The notes beneath the pieces were generated by a model. It searched no databases, had not been told where the DNA came from, and was given only the letters and a program-made list of their open reading frames with translations. Made by a program: the position numbers and the translations under genes. 64,000 nucleotides of DNA from positions 1-64,000 of IMG/VR virus record IMGVR_UViG_3300008113_000014; one strand, written 5' to 3'. How positions within the stretch are numbered: position 1 is the first letter of the stretch; each line of letters opens with the position of its first letter. Source of the stretch: a virus. Below are positions 18,778 through 30,400 of this stretch, in pieces.

Positions 18778-21700
18778 TAGAACATCACCGCAAGATCTCC
18801 TTGCACACCCATAGTATCTGAAGGTCCGCTAGTAAGGGTCACATTAACCTTGGTTAAATCTAAGTAGTAAACTGCCATTCCAAGCTGTGCTTCACCGCTT
18901 ACAGGATCTTCAATAATCATTCTTTGTCTTGGTGGATAACCAAGTGGGCTAACCCCTCTGTAATAAGGGTTGCTTCTGTAATCAGCCATGTCAAAAGCTA
19001 ATGCTCTTGGAATACCAGTAATTGAAACCTTGGTATCATTAATTACTATTTTTGATGCTCCACCATACGCACTTACTTCACTTGTTGTGTTAGATGTTTT
19101 TCCAGATGCTAGAGTGATTGATGTTGAGTCAAATGTTTGGTAAATAGAATCTGTTGACTGTAGTCTAATACCAGATGAATTAAAACGCTGCCAAATAGCT
19201 GCTGTTGATTGTATTAAAATTCCATCTGTGTTAAGTGTTTGACTAACAGTGCCAATAGCCTGCAGTTTAATATAGTTATTATTAAATTCTTGATAAGTGT
19301 CAGCATCTATTCTAATTAAAATTCCCTGAGAATTAAATACCGCACCTATATCAGTAGTTGCTTTTATAAGTACTTGGTTTTCATCTGCTGTGCCATCTGT
19401 TCCTGTAATGTTAATAAAAGTATTTGAGTCAGCACTTAATTTAATCTTCTTATTTGTAAAAGATGCCCATGCCCCATATGCTGTAGTTGGTGAGTATGGT
19501 GCTCCAGACTCTTTTGATGTATAAAATAACATTGATGCTGTACCGCTTGGAATTGCAGGATTAAGTTTATTTCCAGTTCGTGTTAAGTCTCCACGATCTA
19601 AAAGTAAACCAAGGTCTGGGCTAACAGAAAGCTGAATACCAGTATCTGTTGCAGTAACAAAAGGCTTGCTTGAACCAGTAGTGAAGTAATCCCATGCTCC
19701 AACAAATATACCAGTTCCAGTTGTTACATTTCCCCAATAATCTTTATAGCTTGATCCTGCAGAAATGTATGGTCCATTTACTGGTCCAGATGGGTTGATT
19801 CCTAATGCAAGATCACCAACTGTCCAAGGAGGAGTTGCACTTGGGCTAGTTAAGTATATGTTATTATTTCTTGGAACAAGGTATGCTGTTGGACCAGACG
19901 CTCCTGTTTTTAATGATATATATCCATGATCTCCATCCAGAGTCATGGCTCCTAGTGGTCCAGTACTAGAAACTGTTCCTTTGATTACTGCTTGATTTGC
20001 ATAAAGCTTTCCACCAATAGTTACTCTAAATGGATTAGTATCAGAGTTTGGATCAGTAGTACCAGCCCAAAAAACTGAATGGTTAAGATCATTTCCTGGA
20101 CTATTAATACCCGCTAAGCTTGATGAGATAGCAGAGTTTGATACAGCAATATAACCATTAGATGAATCAAGAATAATGTTACCCTTGCCAACAATAGAAG
20201 TTTTTTGAATCTTGCTGGAGTCAACTTGCCATCCACCAATATTTGCACTCTTTGTAGTAAATAAACCAGTCTCCGCATTAATTGTTGTTATATCTCTAGT
20301 TGTTGAAGAGTTAAACGCTAGCCCATCTTTATTTAATACAAACCCAGTTCCAGTAATTAATATAACTGATCCAACTGAATCAGTAAGCGCTGCATTGGTT
20401 GTATTTGTTACAGTAAATGTAGTTGGTGTCTGTGCTGTTACTCTAAACTTACCGTTGTATCCTTGAGGAAGTAAGCCAGAGATTAGGACGTCATCTCCTA
20501 CAACGTATCCGTGGTTTGCTGTTGTTGTATAAATTGCTGTTGATGCTGTATATGTAACTGCAGATATTGAAAATACTGTTGGTGGTGTAATAAATGATTG
20601 AAGTGATCCTCCACCAGCAATTGTTACATTACCGCTGAATGTTCCTTTTCTTGCAGATATGTTTCCATCAATTAAAAAATCACTGCCATCCCAAGACAAA
20701 TAGTTAGATGTGCTGCCACCTACTTTTAACCTTGCACTGTTTGTTGCATTGATATACCAATAGTTGCTATCATCAAAGTATAAGCCTTTATTTGTGTTTA
20801 CCCCTCCTACACCAACACCAAATTGAAATGGACCTGCTGTGATGTAGTTTGATACAGAAGGTGTTCCACTTACTGTAACATCGGGACCAACAACATAATT
20901 TGTAGATGTATTGTTGTATTGGTCATAAGTTGCAACTGCTATTTTATATGTTGATCCTACTGCAAGGCCACCAAGTCTATATTTAAGTGCAGTGCCTGGA
21001 GAATCTGCATAAGAAAAGGTTGTACCACCATCATTACTAAATCTAATTCTATATCCACGTATATCTCCTGTGGTAACTGCTCCCCACTGTATATCTGCAT
21101 AAGCATTAAATCCTAAGAATCCGCTTGTATCAATACCGCCAGATACTGTAACTGATCCTGCTGCAACATCAGGTGGTCCTTCATTATCTGCAACTACAGG
21201 ACTTAGTGGTGTAACAACTTTTGGATCACAAAATAAAGTATAAATTCCACCCTCTGATGCAAACCTTGCCATTGCCCAACGCTTGTTAGAATTTTGAGTT
21301 AAAACATTTGCTGGGTTTAAGCTACTAAAATATACTCTGCTATAGTTTGTTGGAGTAATTCCATCTTCTGCAAATATAACAGCAGGAGCAGTTGTTTCTG
21401 TACTTTCTATTTCCCAAACATCTAATGCATCAAATGGACCCTCTGTTGGTGTTGTATAAGCAACACTATACCCATTGCTTATTCCAGTTAGTGTTATTAC
21501 TGGTACTGGCAAGTTTAATACATATGCCCCAACACTTAGAGCACAAATTGTTTGACTAATATTATTTAGTGGATCTGCAACTAAAACACAAACAGACGTT
21601 ATTTTTGTTCTAAACAAACCAAAAGTTAGCTTATTTAGTGCTTTTGTAAAAATAGCTGTTTGTGAAGTTGATGTTTTATTTGGAAGAAAAGAATTCATTG

Positions 21701-22142
21701 GGGTTCTTCTTGTAACACCATCTGCAGTTACTTCTAAAATAAACTGTGATATTGTTACGTTATATTCATTAGCACCATCCCAGTCAAAACTTACAACAAG
21801 GTTGTCTCCAGACCAAGCAGCAGTTACATTTGCTGGATTTGTTGGAACAATAATAAAAGGACCAGATCCTCCAGGGTAAGTTTGAGGCTCTTTGTTATCT
21901 CCAGGCCAAGTTATATTTGCTGGGAAGTATGGAGGAATTACATTCTTATCAGTTGCTGCTGCGCCTGCAAAATCACCACCAAAAAAAATTGCCTTTCCTT
22001 CTGCACCAATAATTTCAATTTCTGATCCAATGCGAGATTGAGTTTGTTTTAAATTTTCCCAAGATACTCTTGGGTCATCAACATCAATGGATACTGTTGG
22101 ATTTTTTGCAACAGATTTATTATTTTTGTATTTTGAGGTCAA
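18777..22142 (-). CDS. Minor tail protein with FN3 domain and FCCH-like beta module
   Basis: Downstream of the tail hub; IRGYRIRF..Y.LGGL.VGSTY.IAV.TYD (FN3); TTTANHGYVVGD.V.ISG...YNG.F.V. Confidence 0.7.
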   Translation of the reverse strand: MTSKYKNNKSVAKNPTVSIDVDDPRVSWENLKQTQSRIGSEIEIIGAEGKAIFFGGDFAGAAATDKNVIPPYFPANITWPGDNKEPQTYPGGSGPFIIVPTNPANVTAAWSGDNLVVSFDWDGANEYNVTISQFILEVTADGVTRRTPMNSFLPNKTSTSQTAIFTKALNKLTFGLFRTKITSVCVLVADPLNNISQTICALSVGAYVLNLPVPVITLTGISNGYSVAYTTPTEGPFDALDVWEIESTETTAPAVIFAEDGITPTNYSRVYFSSLNPANVLTQNSNKRWAMARFASEGGIYTLFCDPKVVTPLSPVVADNEGPPDVAAGSVTVSGGIDTSGFLGFNAYADIQWGAVTTGDIRGYRIRFSNDGGTTFSYADSPGTALKYRLGGLAVGSTYKIAVATYDQYNNTSTNYVVGPDVTVSGTPSVSNYITAGPFQFGVGVGGVNTNKGLYFDDSNYWYINATNSARLKVGGSTSNYLSWDGSDFLIDGNISARKGTFSGNVTIAGGGSLQSFITPPTVFSISAVTYTASTAIYTTTANHGYVVGDDVLISGLLPQGYNGKFRVTAQTPTTFTVTNTTNAALTDSVGSVILITGTGFVLNKDGLAFNSSTTRDITTINAETGLFTTKSANIGGWQVDSSKIQKTSIVGKGNIILDSSNGYIAVSNSAISSSLAGINSPGNDLNHSVFWAGTTDPNSDTNPFRVTIGGKLYANQAVIKGTVSSTGPLGAMTLDGDHGYISLKTGASGPTAYLVPRNNNIYLTSPSATPPWTVGDLALGINPSGPVNGPYISAGSSYKDYWGNVTTGTGIFVGAWDYFTTGSSKPFVTATDTGIQLSVSPDLGLLLDRGDLTRTGNKLNPAIPSGTASMLFYTSKESGAPYSPTTAYGAWASFTNKKIKLSADSNTFINITGTDGTADENQVLIKATTDIGAVFNSQGILIRIDADTYQEFNNNYIKLQAIGTVSQTLNTDGILIQSTAAIWQRFNSSGIRLQSTDSIYQTFDSTSITLASGKTSNTTSEVSAYGGASKIVINDTKVSITGIPRALAFDMADYRSNPYYRGVSPLGYPPRQRMIIEDPVSGEAQLGMAVYYLDLTKVNVTLTSGPSDTMGVQGDLAVMF

Positions 22143-22154
22143 AATGACACCAGA

Positions 22155-22697
22155 TTATCTTGGGCCTAATGCTGACCAATTAAGAAAAAAACTATTGTTT
22201 GCTGGTATTACAAGTGGACGCTTTGTTGAGGTTGCTTCATCTGGAGTAGCTATAGCTCTGTTAATTCTAAAACTAAAATTATTTGGAGTAATATTAAACA
22301 AGCTAAACATTACATCATGGTTTTTATCTCCAAGTGATGCGATGCTTGAATGACCAAACTGTATTGAAGCTGTCATTATTGGCCTTGCATTAAAAACCGT
22401 GCTTCCATCCTGTTGAAAATCTATTGTTTTATAAACTACTTGACCGTAAGAATCTGGAACAGCGCTCATTTCACTCATAAGGACTTTGGTTCTTCCGTAT
22501 AATATTTTTTGTGTTCCTGGATTAAAAGTGTTTACAAAGTCAGCCTCGCCGTTATAGTCAATTTGTGAAGCTGTACCACTACCAACATTATTGGTAAGTG
22601 AAAGAATGCTATCATCATGAGCATTAACAACATTAATGACGCTTTGCCAAGCAGCAAGGTCTATAATCTGTGGGTCTGATATTTTTACATATGGCAT
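22155..22697 (-). CDS. Minor tail protein (H-type-lectin-like C-terminus)
   Basis: Tail context; F...P......NITPNNF.F....LNWSALG ending. Confidence 0.55.
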   Translation of the reverse strand: MPYVKISDPQIIDLAAWQSVINVVNAHDDSILSLTNNVGSGTASQIDYNGEADFVNTFNPGTQKILYGRTKVLMSEMSAVPDSYGQVVYKTIDFQQDGSTVFNARPIMTASIQFGHSSIASLGDKNHDVMFSLFNITPNNFSFRINRAIATPDEATSTKRPLVIPANNSFFLNWSALGPR

Positions 22698-22718
22698 TTG
22701 TTATCTCCTATTCTATTA

Positions 22719-22727
22719 ATTATACCA
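22719..22727 (-). promoter_or_regulatory. Extended -10 promoter TGGTATAAT
   Basis: Intergenic, upstream of AGGAG RBS of 22155..22697. Confidence 0.65.
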
Positions 22728-22740
22728 CGCTGAGTGGCCT

Positions 22741-25700
22741 CTATTGCTTGATCCTGCTCAAGGTTAAGCTTGTGCTTAAGCCATTTTCAAAGCTATGGGA
22801 TATCGCAGTTACTACGTGCTTTTGATTTAGCATACCGTTTAAATTATAAGAAAGGGTGACTGTATCTCCAATTTGAACTAATGGATTTCCAAAGATTTCT
22901 AACGTTGTAGTAATGGCAAATCCATCCAGAGATGATTCAACAAGCTTTAGCATTTTTTGACCTGCAAACTTTGACTGTACCCATTCTGAATCAAGTTGAG
23001 CAACATCGTTTTGATTTGCTTCATCAATTAAAGCCTCAAGGATATCTGGCTCAGAAGAAGCAATGATCTCGTTAGTCCAAAGCTTTAGATTTATCTTAGC
23101 CTTAACAACTTCATTTGGTTCGTTAGTTAACAGAACCATGTGAAGTGAGTTATTAGCCAAAGCCATTCTTGCTCTAAATCCTGTATTTAACGGTGTTGAG
23201 TATGCAACTGATTCTTGTGTAACGATCTTTTTTAAAGCAAATGCTTGCTGCTCTTTACTGGTTCCTGGATGGTAAACTACTGCATATTGGATAGGAAGAA
23301 AATCAACTGATACGGCTGCTGGAGTTGAATATTGAACATCGTAAAATGTTATTCCTGAGACTTCTGGAGTAGTCTGCATTATATAGCTTAAAGAGTTTAA
23401 AGACAATGGTTGATTTTGAACAATACCATTTAAAAATTCTGTTTCTTGATAAAAATATCCTGCATTTCTTGACATCAATGGCTTTTCTGTTGCATGTATT
23501 TCTCTTAAGTTAGCAACAACAGAACCAGAACTAGTTAGTCCAGGGTAAGAAACATCTGGTATTGCTCTTGGAACAGATGATGCATAGAATCCAAAACTTT
23601 TTGATTCTCCATACATGTTGGGAACAGTTACCTTTTGTCTAACTCTTGATCTTTTATTTATTTCAGGAGCTTTCCAATCCGCTACACTGGTTGATGTATC
23701 AGGTATTTGCCAAGATGTAATCTCTATATTATTTAAGAAAATAGTTAGAGCTGTATTTGGATCTTCAATAGTTCCATTTTCTCCATCTGAGCCATCTGTT
23801 TTATTAAGAACAACCCTTAGATTAAAAATTGGATCAAAAACATAGCCGTATTTTGGAGCGGGTGCAATAGCATTTGGGTAGTTCTTAAATATTCTTGGTA
23901 GCTTGTTTAATGCATTGTTACACTGAGAAGTCACATCAGAATAACTATACAAGGTTGTTGAATCGTAAATAGCCATTATGTATGTGTAGCGTGGTGGATC
24001 GTATGGTATGCCAAGATTTGGATTAGTAGCACTAAACTTAATCATTTCAACAAATAGTGGCTGTAACGATCCAGTACTGCTTTGATTAATATAAAGGCCA
24101 GCTGCTGCTTGATCCTGATCTGGTATATCAAACTTTACTGAATATGTTTTATAAGATCTAGATGTTTCACTAGATGGGCACACAGCAATCTTAGTGTTGC
24201 TACTACCTTGACTTATTATTCCAAGTTTTGTAACATTTGGAAGGTTTATGTTATCAGCGTTGTCGTGGTTATTTGTTATTGTAGTATTACCAGTAGATGT
24301 AGAAAAAGCAAAAGAGCTACTGATTGTTTTTTCTGTTAGACCTTTACTAGATAAGGATGTTATTCGTGAATGACTTGTAGGCAATGTTCCATACATTCCA
24401 CGTTGAACGTTAGTAATGTTTCCTGTAGGAGTTATTAGTATGTCATCGTTTTGTTCTTGTCTTACTCCTTCAACCAATGATTGGCTATCATTAACTACAA
24501 GTTCTACTGTATTTGTTTTAATGAAATCAGTAATTTCTGATGATAGCTCCAGGCTATTTTTAATAGAAACAGTTTTAGATTGTGTTTCATCTGAAAGAGA
24601 AGATATCTCGTACTCTTTATACTGAAAAGACATAATCTCGCCCTCTACTGCTACATATCCATTAGTATCCATATTAAAAGTGTGGAATATATCCAGTAAA
24701 TCATTTTTATTAATAGTTAAAACATTAGAATCAGAAGACATGCTTTCTTTTAAATAATTAAATCCAAGTGAATCAGCAGACTGCTGCTCCCATACAACGT
24801 CATTGGATGTTGTATAGATAAACGAAGGCGAATCTTTTATTTTAAGATTTTTTACATTTTGTAATGATGGTGATTGTTTAACTCTTGGTGTTTGGTATCT
24901 TAAAGATATTTTTCCTGGTTTTTGTGCATTTGATATTGATACCCCCTTTTGCTGTATGTCTGCTTCTGATATAGTAAGTCCTTCAGATGTGTTAGACAAG
25001 ATGTCAAAGAGACTCAAGAATCTCATTATTCCATACTCATCAATATATGCACCAATTTGATATGCAACAAAGATATCATTAAGAGCATCAATAATTGTTT
25101 TATCTCTTGAGTTAACATAGTAATAAGATATATCAAGTGGTTGTGACTTGTTGTTGCATATTCTATATAATGAGTCATAGTCATAGTCAGTAAATCCTGC
25201 AAGATCAAGAATATCGGTTATTATTTCAAATACCGTTTTTAAATTTGCAACGTAGTCTGGAGAAGGCTTTGACTGCAAATACTTAGATACATCATATGCT
25301 TGGACTGTTACATCTTGAATATCATTTTCTTTCCAAGAATCTGAGTAGAATACTCCTGCTGGTATGTAAACATTTGAATGAGCTGTAGCAGATGCTCCAA
25401 GAACTGCGCTGCTGCGTAAATGAAAATTAACATAAAACTTAATGTTATTTCTTAGCATATTAGAAAGAATAGTTAGCGAGTTATCACTTTGGTTTGAAAA
25501 GATAGGAACAATAGATCCATTCTTAGTTGCTGGTATTCCAGAAAAAGTTATATTAACATCATTTGAGTTCATTGAAGATATAGGCAACACAGTGTTTGAT
25601 CCATCTAAAGATTTTTCTAAATCTAATCCAGTTACAAAGTCTGACAAATCAACTTCAAGTCTAGGAGATACTTCTATCAAATGCATTCTCTTTAAGTCTG

Positions 25701-26952
25701 CAGATGCGGAAGCACTTCTAGAAAGTTCAGTAAATGGAGTATTAACTGATGCACTAACTTGAGTAATTCTAATTTTATTAACTGTTGTTTTTTTAATTAA
25801 AGATCCGTCTGCTTCAAACTTTGGCATATCAGCTTGTGACCAAGGTGTGTTTGTCCATACAGTTCCATTCCAGTACAAAACAATAACACCAGTATTATAG
25901 GAGTCGCTATTTGATAATGGTGATAAGTTTGATACCTGTGATGTCACTGGTGGTGTTGCAGAGTTTGTTATAGTAGCAGTAACTAGTGATTCATTTATAT
26001 AAAGGTTAAAAGTTGGAATAGTCATTAAAGTATTAAATTTAATTACTATCTTATTTGTCATTAACCCCTTTTCATAAATAGCCGTAATGCTTGGACTATA
26101 TGTAGGGTCAGTTGTTACAGGGTCAGATACAAAGTATCTGTATGGGTTAATGTCTGTAGGCAATGCACTCTTTAATACTGGCAATTTGTTATCTACTAAA
26201 AAGAAACTAGGGTTTTGAATAATTGAGGTAATTGGCATATATTTATTTCCAATTTTACTACTATCAAACTTAGATGGTAGTTGTGAAACAATTTTTCTAT
26301 GTCCTGGTGCAAATGAACAACTAGCATTACCTGAAGGAACGTAAGACTCACCTGGTCTAAAATATGAGAAAACACTATCTGTTGGAAACAAAGATGCATT
26401 CTTATAGTCAAAGATGGTTGTTTGATAAACTTCTGGTAAAGTAAAAGATACTAAAGGATTTGTATTTTCTTCAGAAAAACTGCTTGCTACAATTTTATAA
26501 TCAAATGAATTAAATGTTTCTTTTGACCCTACATATGTTACTACTTTTGTCCACGTTAATGATGTGGCTTCAGCTTGTTGAGAACCAGACTGTGAACCAG
26601 ATCCTTTTGCGTATGCGCTAATCATTACTGGTATTGGGCTATTGGTCTTTACGTATGTGATTACTTTATAGGCTGCTCCAGATAGTCCAGATACTGAGTA
26701 TTGTGCTGATCCAGTTCCGCCAGACATTTGAAAGCTTTTTGTTGTAAAGTTTTCTTTGGGCACTATTGCATCTACATATGTAGCAGAAGCTGATATTGTT
26801 TGCTTTGTTCCAGTACCCGCTACGGTAATGTAAGGTGAATTAAATAAATTATGATTCCACTCAGCAGAAACCACTGGAATAAGATCAATAGATTCCGAGT
26901 TTTTAAATATATCAGAACTCTGAGTTTGTGTTAATGCTCCCACATTTAGCAT
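22741..26952 (-). CDS. Large tail tip / hub protein
   Basis: Second gene after the tape measure; YIDEYG..RF and IFGNPLVQIGDTV...V..I.H motifs typical of hub proteins. Confidence 0.7.
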   Translation of the reverse strand: MLNVGALTQTQSSDIFKNSESIDLIPVVSAEWNHNLFNSPYITVAGTGTKQTISASATYVDAIVPKENFTTKSFQMSGGTGSAQYSVSGLSGAAYKVITYVKTNSPIPVMISAYAKGSGSQSGSQQAEATSLTWTKVVTYVGSKETFNSFDYKIVASSFSEENTNPLVSFTLPEVYQTTIFDYKNASLFPTDSVFSYFRPGESYVPSGNASCSFAPGHRKIVSQLPSKFDSSKIGNKYMPITSIIQNPSFFLVDNKLPVLKSALPTDINPYRYFVSDPVTTDPTYSPSITAIYEKGLMTNKIVIKFNTLMTIPTFNLYINESLVTATITNSATPPVTSQVSNLSPLSNSDSYNTGVIVLYWNGTVWTNTPWSQADMPKFEADGSLIKKTTVNKIRITQVSASVNTPFTELSRSASASADLKRMHLIEVSPRLEVDLSDFVTGLDLEKSLDGSNTVLPISSMNSNDVNITFSGIPATKNGSIVPIFSNQSDNSLTILSNMLRNNIKFYVNFHLRSSAVLGASATAHSNVYIPAGVFYSDSWKENDIQDVTVQAYDVSKYLQSKPSPDYVANLKTVFEIITDILDLAGFTDYDYDSLYRICNNKSQPLDISYYYVNSRDKTIIDALNDIFVAYQIGAYIDEYGIMRFLSLFDILSNTSEGLTISEADIQQKGVSISNAQKPGKISLRYQTPRVKQSPSLQNVKNLKIKDSPSFIYTTSNDVVWEQQSADSLGFNYLKESMSSDSNVLTINKNDLLDIFHTFNMDTNGYVAVEGEIMSFQYKEYEISSLSDETQSKTVSIKNSLELSSEITDFIKTNTVELVVNDSQSLVEGVRQEQNDDILITPTGNITNVQRGMYGTLPTSHSRITSLSSKGLTEKTISSSFAFSTSTGNTTITNNHDNADNINLPNVTKLGIISQGSSNTKIAVCPSSETSRSYKTYSVKFDIPDQDQAAAGLYINQSSTGSLQPLFVEMIKFSATNPNLGIPYDPPRYTYIMAIYDSTTLYSYSDVTSQCNNALNKLPRIFKNYPNAIAPAPKYGYVFDPIFNLRVVLNKTDGSDGENGTIEDPNTALTIFLNNIEITSWQIPDTSTSVADWKAPEINKRSRVRQKVTVPNMYGESKSFGFYASSVPRAIPDVSYPGLTSSGSVVANLREIHATEKPLMSRNAGYFYQETEFLNGIVQNQPLSLNSLSYIMQTTPEVSGITFYDVQYSTPAAVSVDFLPIQYAVVYHPGTSKEQQAFALKKIVTQESVAYSTPLNTGFRARMALANNSLHMVLLTNEPNEVVKAKINLKLWTNEIIASSEPDILEALIDEANQNDVAQLDSEWVQSKFAGQKMLKLVESSLDGFAITTTLEIFGNPLVQIGDTVTLSYNLNGMLNQKHVVTAISHSFENGLSTSLTLSRIKQ

Positions 26953-27425
26953 TATATCTCCGTAAACTCAATGCTCATATCAACATAGTCTGAAACCTTT
27001 GTTCTATTAATAATTGTTTTAGAAAAATCAGTTATAAACACATGATATGTTTTAGACCTGTTCTGTGCTGTAACAAATATTCCTAATGGCTGTGATCCAA
27101 AGCCTGAGTCTACATTAAGTCCTGAAGATACAATCTTTAAGTAAATAGGCAGTCCTGCGTTAGACTTATAAAATGACTCAAGCCAAGCAGCGCTATAAAA
27201 ACCATCAACACACTCAGAATGCTTTGATGGAACATATTTCCAAGAACAAGAAATATTATTTTTTTGAGCAACAACATATTTTCTCATTTTGCCATTGGCC
27301 ATGCGGGATTGTGTTTCAATTAACTCTGTAGAAATATCAATGGCATCTCTATTATGATCTGTTATCTTATACCAAGTGTTACCATCAATAGAGATCTGTA
27401 TTCCTGCATCAATTAAATATGCCAT
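26952..27425 (-). CDS. Distal tail (Dit-like) protein
   Basis: Directly follows the tape measure; RMANGKMRKY..A.K....SW and D.SIEFTEI. Confidence 0.65.
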   Translation of the reverse strand: MAYLIDAGIQISIDGNTWYKITDHNRDAIDISTELIETQSRMANGKMRKYVVAQKNNISCSWKYVPSKHSECVDGFYSAAWLESFYKSNAGLPIYLKIVSSGLNVDSGFGSQPLGIFVTAQNRSKTYHVFITDFSKTIINRTKVSDYVDMSIEFTEI

Positions 27426-30400
27426 TATCTGCCCACCAAATTCGTTTTATTGTTTTTGCTTTGTATTCTTTCTAATTGTATCATAACCTCTTGTGCTATT
27501 TGCTTAGGGTCTTTATCTGCACCGTTAATTGTAATGTTATTTGTAACAGGTCCAGAAGATGAGAAGTTCTTGTTTTCTTGTGCAGTAAGTACACGCTCAC
27601 CCTTGTGAAGCTGTGCAATTTGATCTTCAGGAATGTATGGTGAACCAACTTCGTAAGATGGAAGTTTGTATTTAGCAAGACCGCCATTAGCAAAACGAGA
27701 ACCTTTGGCAATTTGAATTTTTCTTTCTATGGCTTTTATTTCTTCTTTAGTAAGATCTGTTTTATATTGGTAATAACCCATTTCTTTTCTAATTGACTCT
27801 ATATCTGGATTGCTGACAGTGCCTCCCATGAAACCGTACATATTCATTATGTTGAATGGATTTAATGAATGGCTGCCCTGCACATCGCCTAGGTGCCTGT
27901 CTAACCATGATGATTTACCACTTGGATTGCACATGTCGCAGTTTGCTGACTCACCTAGGTGCCCTTGAAAAGAGTGAATAATCTCATGCATCGCTACGTC
28001 TTTTCCGCCAGCGGTGCTAAAAGGATTTAATCCCATCCAAGTGTCGCTCATTTTTGCTCTAGGCATGGTAATTGTGCCAGAATTCATTGCCCACCAGTTA
28101 GCAGGACCACCGCCTCGCTCTTCTCTTAGAGCATCTCCATCAAGAAATTGTATTGGAATAACTTTAGGGCCTGTATACTTGCTATATGCAGCTTTTGCAA
28201 GTATTTTTTCTCTATTTTCTGGCTTGATAACTCTAAACGGGACTCCTGTTAATCTTGTCAACTCATTTGCAGCCATATAGATAGAGGATAGATTTCTTTT
28301 TCTATCTTCTTTTCCTTCAGAAGTGTAATCTTTTACATCCAGATAAACTGGCCTTAGTTTACCATAACCGCTGTCTCTTTGAGCCTTGTAGTATGGTGTA
28401 CGAATGGAAGCAGGTGAGGTGCCATCATCAGGAGATACGGATTCAGGGACATAAGTGTCAAATCCAGCTCCTGTTTCTCTGGATTGAAATCTTTGAACAA
28501 CATTTTTTAGTACTGAAAATGCAGACAGTGGCGGGATCTTACCGCTAACTAATGTTTTTAATTGATTTAATGCAAACTTTGGAAGAGATTCTGGTTTTTG
28601 GTTATCAGTAAACTTAGGAAGATATGGGTTCCAGTAATCCCAGTCTCTGGCCCACTCTGGCACTTGCTCACCTGTTCTCATTGCCATATCATGTGGGGCT
28701 GTGTTTGATGGACCTGAAGTTGGAAACAGTTTCATTCCCATATCGTGTGGGGCTGATCTAGATGGAATTATTCCTCTCATCATATCGTAAGCATGCTGAG
28801 GTAAATTTGTTTTGTGCTTGTGTCCTACTGGACCAACACCGCCAGGGCTTCCTTTACCAAATTTTTGAATTAGTCCACCCTTAGCGTATCCATCAAGTTG
28901 ATCTTTAAATGATAGGTCTGAAAATCCTACAGCATGCCCAGACTGTCTTTTTCGTAATTCCAACTCTTTAGCTTTTTTAGCAAGTGCTGCTGCAGATGGT
29001 GTTTTTACTGGTGCTGGAACAACGCTTGCTGCCATTGGTTGAAATGGCGACCAATCTACTCCTGGTGCTGCTCCCGCTCTTAGTCTACCTATCAGATTTG
29101 CATAAGATTGTATTTCATCTGGATCAGTGAGATTAAATGATGCTATGGCTTCTTCTACCAATGGAATTTGTCTGTTAATTTCTTTTATAATTGCATCATG
29201 GTATTCTGCTGGTGTCATTGATTGTGCAATTGGTGCTGTTGTTTCAGCAAACCATCTTTTTGCCCCGCCCTTTACACCTAGTAAATTAATAGCAGCCTGC
29301 TCTTGCATTGATGGCATTGAGGTGGAAAGCTTTCTCATTCCAGAAGCTACATCGTATACTCCTGAAGTTCCTGAGTCAACAAGATTTTTTCCAGACAGGT
29401 TTGCTTTTTGTAAATCTTTATCTCCACGCCACAAAGATGCAACCAGTTGTGTTATATATTCACCCTGTGTAAATTCTCCAGATGGGTTTGCAAATTCTGG
29501 ATTATAAGCAGACTTTAATGCTAGCAGTGTTCTTTTTGCTTTTGCATCTGAAGGATCCATTATTTTTATTAAATCTTGAATTGGTGTAGTTAGTCCAACT
29601 TTTCTTGAAATTACATTAGATCTAATTTCAGATAAACCAGATAAAGAATCTGTTACTGGCTTGACAAATTCTTTTGTTCCATCTGCACCCTCATATAGAC
29701 CACCAATTCCTCTAACTGGAAAACTTTTACCAACTGTTGCTTCTAGTTGTTTTCCTAATTGTGTGATTGGAAGATCTTTAAAGATACCGTTTTTAATAGA
29801 GGCATCTATTGCTTTCATTGTTTGTTCAGATGCTCGTGCTTCTTCTAGTGCTTTTATTCCTCGTGGCATACCAAGGAATAAACCTCTACTAGCACCCATT
29901 CCCATAAAGTTAAGTGGCAGCATGGATGCTCCTAGAGCGTCTCCACCTTTACCTTGTCCAGTAATAAGTCTTAATAGTTGTGCTGTTCCAAACATTTCAG
30001 CAGCTGGTGTATTTTTAGAATTAAATCCAGATACATATCTTTGGAACCAATTTTGTTTTTTACCATACTTTGGTCTTGATGCTAATCCGCCTTCTGCAAA
30101 TCTACCCTTCATTTCAATAATCTTAGCTCGCATGGCAGTCTTAGATAAATCGCCAAGAATTTGACTTTCTACTTCACTTGCAGAACCCATGCCAGCATCT
30201 ACATACTTATACTTATCGTGTCTGCTATAACCAATAGTTCCATCACTACCTAGCCATGAGTATGCAGGTCCGTCAGAAACTTTTATTGGCTTAGTAAGTT
30301 TAGCAGCAGTCTTTGCTGCCCCACCCCTTCTAGCCATTTCATATGCATACTTAGCATAGGCAGTAGTACCTTTAGGAGGTGCTTGAATTAGCGTATTTGT

